A DNA stretch of 64,000 nt from Poseidonia sp. (GTDB lineage Archaea > Thermoplasmatota > Poseidoniia > Poseidoniales > Poseidoniaceae): positions 224,001 through 288,000 of the forward strand of contig CBFIDD010000001.1 in NCBI GenBank assembly GCA_965661285.1. Direction: 5' to 3'. The notes under the pieces are model-generated. The model worked only from the letters and a program-made list of their open reading frames with translations, had not been told where the DNA came from and did no database searches. The position numbers were made by a program, and so were the translations under genes. Of this stretch, positions 1-10,212 are shown piece by piece; the first letter of the stretch is position 1; the number at the start of each line of letters is the position of its first letter.

Positions 1-1
1 C

Positions 2-661
2 TTCGAAGCAACAGTGCAACTCCGCTCGAGTGCACGCCGCTTGAGCGAAGATGAATTCAAGCGCCTGCGAGCCACCCTCGAAGACGTTCTGGACAAATTG
101 TCCGACGACCCCATGTTCTTCATCACCTCTGAAGGCCCTGTGACCGGCGGCTACGATGTCGTGTTGGGCAGCAAAGGCCTCGCCAGGGCATGGGGGCGAC
201 ATCTCACCGCCGAGTACGGCGGCATGGTGGTTGAAACGAACTCCACCGTGGGGCGAAAAGACGGGGTGGATGTCACTCGACTGACGCTGCTCTATCGCAA
301 ACCTGGCTACGAGATTGGCGACGTCGTGCAGTGGAGAAATCATTTCTGGCGACCCTCATCGTGGACGAAGGAAGGGGCCATCATGGAACGTGTTGACCGC
401 CGTGAGCGGACGGGTGCTTCGTGGCGCGATTTGGAGCAGGCGAAGGTGTTGGCGCAACGCAAGGAATTCATCGAAGTCGATTTCATCAACGAAGATGCAT
501 CTGCGGGCGAATTCCTCGATCCCACCACATGGAAGATGAGCCTTGTTCGACTCCCCTACGACCACGACCCGGGACGAAAGGGGTTGTTGATGCGACACGA
601 CGAGGACTGGATCGCGCTGCCCTACATGGCCATCGACACCCCCGAACTGCAGGAGGATTGA
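2..661 (+). CDS. NMD3-family protein, 5'-truncated by window edge
   Basis: Frame open from position 2 (FEATVQLR...), resembles the NMD3 YEAxxQLR motif; GGYDVVLGSK...L.....GG and TLVG-like segment. Confidence 0.75.
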   Translation, partial: FEATVQLRSSARRLSEDEFKRLRATLEDVLDKLSDDPMFFITSEGPVTGGYDVVLGSKGLARAWGRHLTAEYGGMVVETNSTVGRKDGVDVTRLTLLYRKPGYEIGDVVQWRNHFWRPSSWTKEGAIMERVDRRERTGASWRDLEQAKVLAQRKEFIEVDFINEDASAGEFLDPTTWKMSLVRLPYDHDPGRKGLLMRHDEDWIALPYMAIDTPELQED

Positions 662-663
662 GC

Positions 664-1767
664 ATGCAAACCGATGAGACAGCACCCGTACCAACCCTGG
701 CCGACCTCGCAGCGCGGTATGACAACGAGGGCATGGTGGGGTTCACGCAACGGTTCCATGATGACCTGAGAAGAGGTTTTGAGGCCGTCAACGAGACCCG
801 TTTTCCCTGGCTGAGCGAACTCAAACAGGCCCCTTGGAGCGGTGTGCTGTGTCTGGGCATGGGCGGCAGCGCAGCGGGAGGCGATTTCCTCGCAGCGTTA
901 ACGGCGAATTCCGGAGGATGTCCTGTAATGGTGCATCGAGACTACTCGCTCCCGGCGTGGTTCGACGCCACGTGGCTGGTGCTCGCAACAAGCCACAGTG
1001 GAAACACCGAAGAGACGGTGGCTGCGGCCGAAGCGGCTTTGCAACACGGCGCAACCGTCATCGTCATCGCAACGGGCGGTGTGTTGGCGGGTTTGCCCGA
1101 ACTCTCACCCCGCTGCCACCTTCTTCCCACGATCGGAGGGCAACCCCCTCGCACCGCGTTTGGTCATATTTTCAGCCGCCAAGTGGCGTGTTTGGAACAC
1201 CTCGGCCTGCTGACATCGCAGACCGCCGAAGATCGAGAAGCCATGCTCAAGCGGTTGGAAGCGAGCAACGAGCACTTCGATGTCCTGGCGCAACCCGAGG
1301 GCGACATTGCCCTGCTGGCTGCGGCTCTGCTCAACCAACCGCTCGCCGTGGTCGGACCGAGTGAATTGGCTCCTGCGCTCAACCGCTTCAAGAACCAGAT
1401 GAATGAAAACGCTGCACGCTTTGTTCGAGTTGGCGTCCTGCCCGAGATGAACCACAACGAAAGCGTGGCGTGGGGCGGTGTTGGACCGGATGGCGATGAG
1501 CGCGCCTCCGAACAAGCCTTGCTGTTGTTGACGTGGCCGGGCATGCACGGGCGAGTTCAACAGCGATTGGACTGGATGGTGGCGCACTCACCGACCGAAA
1601 CCGCTTGGAATTTAGCCGGCGAAGGCGAGTCGCTGTTGGAATGCATGCTCTATCACTGCCTCGTGATGGATTGGCTCTCCATCACGCTGGCCTTTTTGCA
1701 CGGCAAAGACCCGGCCGCCATCGCTCCCATCAACGCCCTCAAGGCTCATCTCAACAGCGTTCAGTAG
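664..1767 (+). CDS. Bifunctional phosphoglucose/phosphomannose isomerase (SIS domain)
   Basis: GMGGSAAGG, SHSGNTEET, QPPRTAF, NQMNENA, LPEMNHNE motifs; ATG at 664 follows the upstream stop. Confidence 0.85.
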   Translation: MQTDETAPVPTLADLAARYDNEGMVGFTQRFHDDLRRGFEAVNETRFPWLSELKQAPWSGVLCLGMGGSAAGGDFLAALTANSGGCPVMVHRDYSLPAWFDATWLVLATSHSGNTEETVAAAEAALQHGATVIVIATGGVLAGLPELSPRCHLLPTIGGQPPRTAFGHIFSRQVACLEHLGLLTSQTAEDREAMLKRLEASNEHFDVLAQPEGDIALLAAALLNQPLAVVGPSELAPALNRFKNQMNENAARFVRVGVLPEMNHNESVAWGGVGPDGDERASEQALLLLTWPGMHGRVQQRLDWMVAHSPTETAWNLAGEGESLLECMLYHCLVMDWLSITLAFLHGKDPAAIAPINALKAHLNSVQ

Positions 1768-2384
1768 AGCGGTCCGCAGATCAGCCGAGGGTCAGGGTAC
1801 CGATTGAGGGCCTCTGAGCGGTCATCTTGACGAACCACGCCGGGCAAATCGCCGTTCTCCGGCGCTTCCCACGACATCTGAACGTGAACATGGGGGGGCC
1901 AACCGCCGTTTTCCTCCTCGTGCCCCATCAAGGCAAGGACATCGCCCTGTGCAAACGCATCGCCGCTCTTCCAGTGGGCAATGCTGTCCCAACTGAGGTG
2001 CCCGTAAAGGACCCAAAAGGTGCTTTCCTCGTCGCTGAGGGGACCGCCTACCTCAGTTGGTAGCGGAAGGGTGTGCTTCGTGATGAGGGTTGGGCCGTAG
2101 GATCCGTCCTCGTCGTTGACGGTCACGTGGACGATTTCGCCCGCACCAAAAGCATGGACCGGCGTCTGGACCGGCCCGCCCAAATCCAAACCCACGTGAT
2201 GGTCCCGTTCACCGGCGAACAATTCGGTGGTGTACATCGACGGCCGGTGTTCGTCGTACCTGCCGACCGAATAGGGATAGGGTGCCTGCCAAGCCACTGG
2301 GCTTGGTTTGGTGAAATCATGAACCCAGTACGGACCGTCAAACACCACGGTTGGGTGATAATGGAAGGTCGTGATGGAGGTCAT
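1761..2384 (-). CDS. M23-family metallopeptidase
   Basis: HxxxD (HVGLD), YGHL and HxH (PHVHVQ) motifs. Confidence 0.8.
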   Translation of the reverse strand: MTSITTFHYHPTVVFDGPYWVHDFTKPSPVAWQAPYPYSVGRYDEHRPSMYTTELFAGERDHHVGLDLGGPVQTPVHAFGAGEIVHVTVNDEDGSYGPTLITKHTLPLPTEVGGPLSDEESTFWVLYGHLSWDSIAHWKSGDAFAQGDVLALMGHEEENGGWPPHVHVQMSWEAPENGDLPGVVRQDDRSEALNRYPDPRLICGPLY

Positions 2385-2457
2385 CGGTCCGGCGAGGGCG
2401 TGTTTCTACTTGAGTTTTCGGCGAATCATCAAAACATGGCTTGGGCGTGGTGGGTCC

Positions 2458-4758
2458 ATGCTCGGTAGTGCCGTGGTCGTGTTGACCCCGAGTATGCTGC
2501 CCGGTTGGGCCCTCAGCACGGTCCTGGATGGAAGCAGTGACCGTTTTCGCAAGGTACTGCTTGCTCCGGCGTTGGGTCTGCTCTTGCTGTACGGCCTTTC
2601 GGGCACGCTGGTGCTGCTTGACCTGTGGTCGCCGTTGTTGCTGGGCCTGGGTCTCCTCGCCGCCAATGCCGTGGCGTATCGGCTGATTCATCAGCGGCAC
2701 GAGGTGTTGGCCAAACGAACGCGGTGGCAACAGCTTGAAGCCGCCATGCACGGGGAGATTTCCGAAGAAACCGATGCGCCATCGTTGAGCAAGGAAGCCG
2801 AAATTCAACTCGAATTCCAACGCCACCGGTCAACGCCGTTGATGGCGCTGAGCGTGGTCATCGCCGCCACAGCCATGCTCTCACCGTTGATTCAACGCCT
2901 GCCCTTTGGCGTGGATTGGATTGGATTTGCCATGCTCACACAACAGTTGGTGTTGGAGGGCAATCTCAGCCTGCCGGGCACCAACGAAGGCTTCTGGACC
3001 TACCCACCTGCCTTTCCCTCGGTCGCTGCATGGGTGGCGACACTCACCGGCCAAGACGCCGGCACGGCGGTGTTTCATCTCGGGCATTACACCCTGTTTG
3101 TCCTGCTGGTGGGACTCATGGGCTCGCTTGACCGCCACGGGGCGGGAGCCCACGCCATGTTGGCGATGGGCTTGGGGCTCGGATTGTTTGCCAAGACCTT
3201 TGATTCGGGTTTTCCGAGCGTGGCCAGTCAACTGGGTTTGGTCGTGGGGATATTGGTGCTCTTCCGCCATGCCGACCAGCGACAAAAACACCACACCATC
3301 GGCATGTGCGTCGCCTTGTTTTCCGTCGCGCTGATTCATCCCACCGGCGCCATTTACCTCGCCCTTCTGTTGTTCAGCCACGTCATGCACGGCCTGGCGC
3401 TGGAAAACGAAGAACATCGGGACCTCGTTCGACGGCTGGCGTACATCGCATCGGCGTTCATCACCGTGGGCTTTGCTGTGGCCCTTCTCGTCATCGCCCC
3501 GCGACTGTTCGACGAAGCGGTCTTTTCCGAATACGGCTGGCAGGGCGGACGGCCGCTGCTGGTGTACAACGGCGTGCTGCTGGCGTTTGGAGGGGTGGCC
3601 GCCGTGGCGCTTCGAACAACACTCGAAGGACGCATCGCCATCACATGGTTTGCACTTCTTTGGTTGCTAAGCATCGTCCATCTCGTGGAAGGGTTACGCT
3701 ACATCCCCGTCCTCTCGTTGTTGTCCTACACGTTGTATTCCATGGCGCTGCACGCCTTCCATGTCCCCCTGGCCGTTTTGGTGGCGCTGTGGTGGTCGCC
3801 CCACACCAACCTCACCCCGCATCTGGAAACCTCCTCCACGCCCACGGCCATGCCCCGCGCCCTCTCCGTCACCCTAGTGGTTGCAGTGCTTGCGGGCACC
3901 CTGATGGCGCAGTCCGTGGCCTTCTCCCTCGCACAGCATGAAGAACTCATGGCGGTCTCTCCTGGCGATCTGGAACTGCGCCGTTCACTTGACACCATCA
4001 GCGGGGCGGTCTACACCGAAAACATGCATTGGGGCTACATTTGGGACGCCCCTTCGAGCATCCAAACCACCTCGATTCCGACGCTGGGGTTGGTCCACCT
4101 GACGGCCAGCGAACACGCCAACGCCACCCAAGCCATGTTCCTCAACAACATCTCGTACTTTGAAGATCACAACATGCGACATGCGCTGACCTCACCGCTG
4201 GGCACCATGCAGTGGACGCTGGCCGGTTCCCCCTACTGGAACGTCGGCCTTCGCACCGACGGCGCCACCCTGTGGGTGCTGCAACCAGACGGTGATGCGC
4301 CGGTGGATGTGCTGACCGGTATCGATGAGGAGGATTGCTCAGCGTGTGAGGCTCGCCTTGACCCGTGGAGAAACCACAAGTTCCGCGACCCACTCGAGTT
4401 GGGCGAAGACCGGCCCTTCCTGCACGAAGGTACGGTGGGCGACCTTGCCATTGAAGCGCCTGAGGACGCCCAAAGCATGTGCCTTATCTACGAGGTCATC
4501 GGGCAAACCGGAGGCCTCTATCTTCAGTCCTCCGCTGGCCTAGAGCGACCGTTTCACGCACTGCGTTCGGACGCCGGCTACCACCAAGCGTGCTTTGATG
4601 TTGAAAACGCCAGTGAACTGACGACCGTACGCTTGGAATGGGACGAGACAAAAGCATCGAGGTGGCTCAATCCACTCGGGCTATCGGGACGGGATACGGT
4701 GTTGTTTGACCGGACCGGCGTCAAACTTCAGTGGTTGAGCTGGTCCACCGGCACATGA
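2458..4758 (+). CDS. Polytopic membrane protein, possibly GT-C-like glycosyltransferase
   Basis: More than 10 hydrophobic segments; DW motif in an early loop and YPPAF; adjacent to a GT2 gene. Confidence 0.6.
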   Translation: MLGSAVVVLTPSMLPGWALSTVLDGSSDRFRKVLLAPALGLLLLYGLSGTLVLLDLWSPLLLGLGLLAANAVAYRLIHQRHEVLAKRTRWQQLEAAMHGEISEETDAPSLSKEAEIQLEFQRHRSTPLMALSVVIAATAMLSPLIQRLPFGVDWIGFAMLTQQLVLEGNLSLPGTNEGFWTYPPAFPSVAAWVATLTGQDAGTAVFHLGHYTLFVLLVGLMGSLDRHGAGAHAMLAMGLGLGLFAKTFDSGFPSVASQLGLVVGILVLFRHADQRQKHHTIGMCVALFSVALIHPTGAIYLALLLFSHVMHGLALENEEHRDLVRRLAYIASAFITVGFAVALLVIAPRLFDEAVFSEYGWQGGRPLLVYNGVLLAFGGVAAVALRTTLEGRIAITWFALLWLLSIVHLVEGLRYIPVLSLLSYTLYSMALHAFHVPLAVLVALWWSPHTNLTPHLETSSTPTAMPRALSVTLVVAVLAGTLMAQSVAFSLAQHEELMAVSPGDLELRRSLDTISGAVYTENMHWGYIWDAPSSIQTTSIPTLGLVHLTASEHANATQAMFLNNISYFEDHNMRHALTSPLGTMQWTLAGSPYWNVGLRTDGATLWVLQPDGDAPVDVLTGIDEEDCSACEARLDPWRNHKFRDPLELGEDRPFLHEGTVGDLAIEAPEDAQSMCLIYEVIGQTGGLYLQSSAGLERPFHALRSDAGYHQACFDVENASELTTVRLEWDETKASRWLNPLGLSGRDTVLFDRTGVKLQWLSWSTGT

Positions 4759-4795
4759 ACGGCAAATACATGTGGAAGAAGCCCGAGGCGTAACC

Positions 4796-5497
4796 ATGCA
4801 ACACCTCGTTGTTATGCTCCCCGTCCTCAACGAGGCGTTGGGGTTGGCGTGGGTGTTGGAGCGCCTGCCTTACAGGCGTTTGAAGGCCATGGGGTACACG
4901 ACAACAGTGCTGGTCATGGACGGCCACAGCACCGACGGAACCGTTGAGGTGGCGCGTGAATACGATGCGGTGCTGGTCGACCAGGACGACATCGGCAAAG
5001 GAAGCGCCATACGCCATGGATTTCGCGAAGCACTCCGTCTTGAGGCGGATGCTGTGGTCATGCTGGATGCTGACGGCACCTATGCGCCCAGTGAAATGAC
5101 CCGATTGCTGAACCGTCTTGATGAGGGAGGTGTCGTCATTGGAGACCGATTGAACGGAAGGATGGCCCCTGATGCGATGACCCGCTTGAATTTCATCGGA
5201 AACCACATGCTGACCTGGTTCGCGACGGCCCTCTTTGGAGTGACCACCTCCGACGTGTGCTCGGGGTATTGGGCGTTCAGCAGCGAGGCGATGCACACCC
5301 TCCGACTCAACAGCAGCTCGTTCGAAATTGAGGCCGAGATGTTTGCAAGCATGGTCCACCTTGGCGTCCCGTTTTCGTTTGAACCCATCAGTTATGGCCC
5401 TCGAATTGGCGAGGCAAAACTCGGCTCCACCGCCGACGGTTGGCAAATTCTGCGGAAGTTGATCACCCGTCGCATCTTCCCTGAACCGCTGCCATAA
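4796..5497 (+). CDS. Glycosyltransferase family 2 (dolichol-phosphate sugar synthase-like)
   Basis: LPVLNE, DGHSTDGT, GKGSA, LDADGTY motifs. Confidence 0.9.
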   Translation: MQHLVVMLPVLNEALGLAWVLERLPYRRLKAMGYTTTVLVMDGHSTDGTVEVAREYDAVLVDQDDIGKGSAIRHGFREALRLEADAVVMLDADGTYAPSEMTRLLNRLDEGGVVIGDRLNGRMAPDAMTRLNFIGNHMLTWFATALFGVTTSDVCSGYWAFSSEAMHTLRLNSSSFEIEAEMFASMVHLGVPFSFEPISYGPRIGEAKLGSTADGWQILRKLITRRIFPEPLP

Positions 5498-5537
5498 CCT
5501 TGGAAGCCCTCAAATCCCAAGCGAGGCTCCGAGGACC

Positions 5538-6611
5538 ATGGAACGCCTCAAGGTCGCTGTCCTCGGTGCTGGCGGCCTTGTGGCTCAACGCCTGCAGCAG
5601 CGCCTCGCAAACCACCCGTGGTTTGAACTGGCGGCGGTGGCCGGCTCGCCACGGTTCTGCAACCTCGCCCTAAACGAGGTCCCGTGGGTGCTCGATGAGC
5701 CACGACCCCCACTTCCCGACCTGAAGGTGCTCGATGTCGCTCACCCCAGCACCGTCTCGCAACTCGCCGACGAAGGCATCGCCGTGGCGTTCTCTTCGCT
5801 TCCCCGTGAACAAGCGACCACCCTTGAGCCACTTTGGGCCAACGGCGGCGTGGCGGTGTTTTCCAACGCCAGTGCGTTTCGGGGCAAAGAAGGCGTGCCG
5901 CTGGTGATTCCCGAAGTGAATCCAGCAGCGCTGGAGGCAGCCGAAGGACGCCTGGCTCATGTGTGCGCCACCAATTGCACGCTGCTCCCGCTCATTCTCC
6001 CGTTGGCGGCGCTTCACGACGCCTACGGACTGCAACACTACACCATGCGCAGCGAACAAGGGTTGTCTGGAGGAGGGTTCGACCACCTGCAGTCGGCGCT
6101 CAACGCCGGGCGGGTGTCGCCGGACATTCCTGGTGAGGCGGCAAAAACCGAAGCCGAATTCAGACACATTTTGGGATGGAAAGGCGAGGCTTCGTTGACG
6201 TGTCAGCGCGTGATGCGGGCCGATGGCCATCACGTCTTCGTGGACGCCGCCTTTGACCGCCCCGTCGACGTGCACGCCGTTGCAGAAACGCTCAGAACAT
6301 GGTCGCAGCAACACGCCATGAACGACCTTCCCAGTGCACCTGCCCAACCCCTCATGCTGGTGGAAACCATCGACCCGATGGGCCATCTGTTCGCTGACGG
6401 TAACGGATTTCCGACCGACGTCAATCCAGCCGATGACCTCGGTGCTGGCATGGCTGTCGTGGTCGGTGCGCTCTCCTGCCCAACCTCGACCTCCGTGCGG
6501 TTTGAGGCCTTCAGTCACAACACGATTCGAGGGGCGGCTGGTGGTGTCATCTATCTGGCAGAATTGGCGTACTGGAAGGGATTGCTTCCAAGCAAAACGG
6601 TCAACCCGTAG
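5538..6611 (+). CDS. asd: Aspartate-semialdehyde dehydrogenase (archaeal type)
   Basis: VLGAGGLVAQ Rossmann motif, SNASAFR, IPEVN, TNCT catalytic Cys, HNTIRGAAG. Confidence 0.8.
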   Translation: MERLKVAVLGAGGLVAQRLQQRLANHPWFELAAVAGSPRFCNLALNEVPWVLDEPRPPLPDLKVLDVAHPSTVSQLADEGIAVAFSSLPREQATTLEPLWANGGVAVFSNASAFRGKEGVPLVIPEVNPAALEAAEGRLAHVCATNCTLLPLILPLAALHDAYGLQHYTMRSEQGLSGGGFDHLQSALNAGRVSPDIPGEAAKTEAEFRHILGWKGEASLTCQRVMRADGHHVFVDAAFDRPVDVHAVAETLRTWSQQHAMNDLPSAPAQPLMLVETIDPMGHLFADGNGFPTDVNPADDLGAGMAVVVGALSCPTSTSVRFEAFSHNTIRGAAGGVIYLAELAYWKGLLPSKTVNP

Positions 6612-6651
6612 GGTAAAAGGTCGGGACCGCCTCCTCCCCATCGGTGCTGAG

Positions 6652-7734
6652 ATGGGAATAACCGCCATGATTCCGGACATGACCATCGGTCAACTCACCA
6701 CAGAAGCCACCGCACGCTGGGGAGAGATATGGGACGCCCGCGCCACCCGAATGACCATTCTGCTGCTTTGCCCGCGCAAAGAGCGCAAAATGATGGAACT
6801 GCACGGCGACATGATCGAACACGGCCAACCGGTCATGGCGGTCTTCCACCGACCACGCGCTGAGGCGGACCTCCTGAAAGAGCAGGGCTTTGACACCCGA
6901 GCGGCATCGTTCCAATTCGTGAACCTCGCCACGGCCGATCTCGGCCCGTGGATGCAACAACTCGTCAATAACGAGGGATGGTTGAGAAGTTCCATCGCCC
7001 TCACCTCGACACCGTTCTCTGTTGGCTTGCCCTCGCAACGCCCGTTTGAGGCCGTTCAAACCCTGTGTTTCCGTCACCCGTCGCTGCCCGCTTTGGAACG
7101 CTACTACCTGCCCTATCCCGTTGAATCGCTTCCCGGAAAATGCTTCGTGAGCCTCCCTCGAAGGGGCGCCGCAGAGATGGCTCGCCAGCAGGCAGAAGTG
7201 TTGGGTGTTGGCCGACTTGAGAAACCAAAACCCGAACCCGTACCGGAACCCACACCAGCACCGGAACCTCAACCCGCACCGGTTGCAGAAGCACCGGCCG
7301 AACCAGCCCCGCAGCCCGCACCAGAAGAAACCGTGGAAGCGCCTGCCGAGGCCTCCGAGCCAGAACAAGCCGCCGTCCCACTGCCTCCTGCCACTACGAA
7401 ACCCACGGATGAGTCACCGGCCGAGGAGGTGGCCGTGCCGTTGCCCCCAGCCGCCGACGACGCAGCGGAACAGCAGAAGAACGCGGCCGAACCCTCCGAG
7501 GAGACCACCACGGAGCAGGCGAATTTGGAACTGCCCGAGGTTGAGGACGAAGAGAAACCCGAGATTTCGGAGATCGAAACCGAACTGCGGGCTTTCTTCC
7601 AGGAACTCATTGAAGCTGGCGTTGAACCTTCGGCCTTCATGGACGATCCCCGCTGGGAAGACATCAGTGAACGGGCGATTGCAGAGGGCTTGGAAACGTG
7701 GCCCATTCTTTTGCAAATGACCGCCATGAACTGA
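6652..7734 (+). CDS. Hypothetical protein with Pro/Glu/Ala-rich linker
   Basis: Long ORF co-oriented with neighbours; start uncertain (6652/6667/6679). Confidence 0.7.
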   Translation: MGITAMIPDMTIGQLTTEATARWGEIWDARATRMTILLLCPRKERKMMELHGDMIEHGQPVMAVFHRPRAEADLLKEQGFDTRAASFQFVNLATADLGPWMQQLVNNEGWLRSSIALTSTPFSVGLPSQRPFEAVQTLCFRHPSLPALERYYLPYPVESLPGKCFVSLPRRGAAEMARQQAEVLGVGRLEKPKPEPVPEPTPAPEPQPAPVAEAPAEPAPQPAPEETVEAPAEASEPEQAAVPLPPATTKPTDESPAEEVAVPLPPAADDAAEQQKNAAEPSEETTTEQANLELPEVEDEEKPEISEIETELRAFFQELIEAGVEPSAFMDDPRWEDISERAIAEGLETWPILLQMTAMN

Positions 7735-7780
7735 GAAGGTCTAAATCCAACGACGAACCGACACAAACCGAGGGCGTGCC

Positions 7781-7975
7781 ATGGGATTCTGCATCAACTG
7801 CGGCCAACAACATCCTGACGGCACCCGCTTTTGCCGTTTCTGCGGCAACCAGCAACCCGGCGAGCAACTGCTTCAGCGTCTGCGCATTGAGGCGCAACAA
7901 ATCCACAGCATGCGTTTGCAAATGCAGTCCCAACAACCCCAACAGGGCAACCCCTACCAACAACGTCGCTGGTGA
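7781..7975 (+). CDS. Small zinc-ribbon protein
   Basis: FCINCG...FCRFCG; Gln-rich tail; stop overlaps next gene. Confidence 0.8.
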   Translation: MGFCINCGQQHPDGTRFCRFCGNQQPGEQLLQRLRIEAQQIHSMRLQMQSQQPQQGNPYQQRRW

Positions 7976-7980
7976 GGCGA

Positions 7981-8634
7981 ATGCGCCCAAAGCACCTGGC
8001 GATGACGCTGTCCAAACTGAAACCCCACCCGTGCTCCGAGGTCGGTCTTGAGCAATACGCCACGGAGGGCGACCTCGCCGCCTATTGGATGCTCGCCGTC
8101 GACCAACTCGACGGTTTGGAAGGGCGCCATGTGGTTGACCTCGGCGCAGGCAACGGCATTCTGGGCATCGCTGCGCTCATGTTGGGGGCACAAAGCGTGG
8201 TGTTTGTTGAGGCCCACGAGGCGACCGCTGCCGTCCTCCAGCAGAACATCGACGAACTGGATGATGAACTGAAGGGACGCGCTCAAATCATCACCGCCCA
8301 CATTGGAGCCGATGAGGTCGACCTCGGCCACGCCGAACTGATCGTCATGAATCCGCCCTGGGGCGTTCAGCGAGCCAAGGCCGACCGCCCTTTTTTGGAA
8401 CTCGGGTTCGCATCGAGCGCCACCGCTGTTCACGTGCTCCACAGCGACCATGCTGCCCATCTCGAAGCCATGGCAAACGAAGCCGGGTGGGAAGGCGAGG
8501 TGGTGCTTCGCACGACGTTTCGACTCCCACCAACCTACGCGCACCACGGCCAGCGGAAAGGCGCAACCGACGTCAAATGCTGGCGGTTTCATCGCCCAGG
8601 CGACGCCCGATTGCCCCCTGAAAGCGATGATTGA
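7981..8634 (+). CDS. METTL5-family RNA m6A methyltransferase
   Basis: LEQYAT, VDLGAGNGIL, MNPPWG, YAHH motifs; next to csl4 as in other archaea (start 7972 or 7981). Confidence 0.85.
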   Translation: MRPKHLAMTLSKLKPHPCSEVGLEQYATEGDLAAYWMLAVDQLDGLEGRHVVDLGAGNGILGIAALMLGAQSVVFVEAHEATAAVLQQNIDELDDELKGRAQIITAHIGADEVDLGHAELIVMNPPWGVQRAKADRPFLELGFASSATAVHVLHSDHAAHLEAMANEAGWEGEVVLRTTFRLPPTYAHHGQRKGATDVKCWRFHRPGDARLPPESDD

Positions 8635-8732
8635 CCCATATGGGGGGTTCAAAAGGAAGAAACCCTCGCCTCAATTCAGCGAACGGTGTGCGACCCATCT
8701 CGGGCCATGCCTGCGAAAAAGGAATGAGCATC

Positions 8733-10187
8733 ATGACGGCGAGCCTCGTCACCCCCGGAAGCATCATCGCCAAAGAGGGCGACCACGAACACGGCGAAGG
8801 AACCGCCCTCGCTGACGGCAACATCGTCTCCACCGTAATCGGTTATGTCCACGTCGACAACGGCTCCATTTCCGTCTCCGCCTCAAAGCCCATCGTGGAA
8901 CCCGTCGTGGGCGACACCGTGCTTTGCGAAGTGGTGAAGCTCAACGAAAAGCACGGTGAAGCGATGATCCTCGCCGTTGAAGGCAAGCCCGGCTCCATTC
9001 AGCCTCAGCACCTCTACGGCCAGTTCTTCGTGACCGGTCTGGTTGACCGTTTCATGCACCAAACCTCGGACGCCATGCGCCGACGGGATGTTTGCCGTGC
9101 CGTGGTGAAAGAGGTTGAACCGGTCGTCCGCCTCGACTTCCGAGAGCGGGACGACTGCGGTGTGCTCCACGCCATCTGCCCGCCTTGTGGCGACACCCTG
9201 CAAGCCGAACTCGACGGCGATTGGAACGTCATGTGCCCCACCTGTGGCTACCAAGGCTACCGAGCCCTGGCCGACAACTTTGGTGCAGGTTGGGCGGAAC
9301 TCGACCAAGGGGCGAGTGCGCTGAACAACGCCGGCAAGCGCTGGGGCGCTGCTGCCGAAGCCATGTTCGCCAAAGGTCCAGCCGGCCGAGCCACCTTCAT
9401 CGCAGCCGATGTTCGTGAAGACGGACGAGAGCGCACCTACTTCCGCTTCGAAGGCCAAGACGGCGGACGCGGCGGTGGTCGCGGCGGGCGTCAGCGAGCC
9501 GCACCCGGCACCCGACTCTTTGTTGGCGGCCTGCCTCGAGATGTTGGCACCGATGAGCTCAGTGAACTCTTCAAGTCCCACGGGGACATGACCGATTGCG
9601 TCGTGTTGACCGATGATGCCGGCGTCAACCGAGGCTTTGGCTTCGTCACCTACGCCGAGAAATCCATGGCCGAAGCCGCCATCAAGGCCCTTGATGGCCA
9701 CCGCATCAATGGACGCCGCATCGGTGTTCGCGATGCTGATGACGACAAGAAGAAAGGCGGGAGAACGGAACGAAAGGAGCCAGAAGGTCTCAAGCTTTAC
9801 ATCGGAAACTTGCCGTTCTCCGCAACGCAAGACCAACTCAAGGCGATGGTCGCCGCTCACGCCACGGTGAACGAAGTTATTCTCGCCACCGGCCCCGGTG
9901 GGAAGGCCAAGGGCTTTGGCTTCGTCTTCATCGCAGAGAAGGACAAGGGCGAAGATGTCGTCAAGGCGCTCAACAACAGTGAAGTTGAGGGCCGCAAGAT
10001 CAAGGTCGACATCGCCAAATCCAAGGGCGGCAAAGGTGGAAACCGACGCGGTGGCCGTGATGGCAACCGACGCAGCGGCCGTGATGGCGATGGTGGAGGA
10101 AAATCCTCTCGCGAACTCCAAGCGCTCCGAGAAGAAGGCGAAGGCGGGAAGAAGCGCAAGCGACGCCCTCGCCCGAAGAAGGATTGA
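8733..10187 (+). CDS. csl4: Exosome cap protein Csl4 fused to two RRM domains
   Basis: VTPG...GEGT N-domain, S1 domain, CPPC/CPTC zinc ribbon; then LFVGGL/RGFGFVTY and LYIGNL/KGFGFVFI RNP motifs. Confidence 0.8.
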   Translation: MTASLVTPGSIIAKEGDHEHGEGTALADGNIVSTVIGYVHVDNGSISVSASKPIVEPVVGDTVLCEVVKLNEKHGEAMILAVEGKPGSIQPQHLYGQFFVTGLVDRFMHQTSDAMRRRDVCRAVVKEVEPVVRLDFRERDDCGVLHAICPPCGDTLQAELDGDWNVMCPTCGYQGYRALADNFGAGWAELDQGASALNNAGKRWGAAAEAMFAKGPAGRATFIAADVREDGRERTYFRFEGQDGGRGGGRGGRQRAAPGTRLFVGGLPRDVGTDELSELFKSHGDMTDCVVLTDDAGVNRGFGFVTYAEKSMAEAAIKALDGHRINGRRIGVRDADDDKKKGGRTERKEPEGLKLYIGNLPFSATQDQLKAMVAAHATVNEVILATGPGGKAKGFGFVFIAEKDKGEDVVKALNNSEVEGRKIKVDIAKSKGGKGGNRRGGRDGNRRSGRDGDGGGKSSRELQALREEGEGGKKRKRRPRPKKD

Positions 10188-10212
10188 AGGCGGCACCCCC
10201 GCCCCTTGAGCC

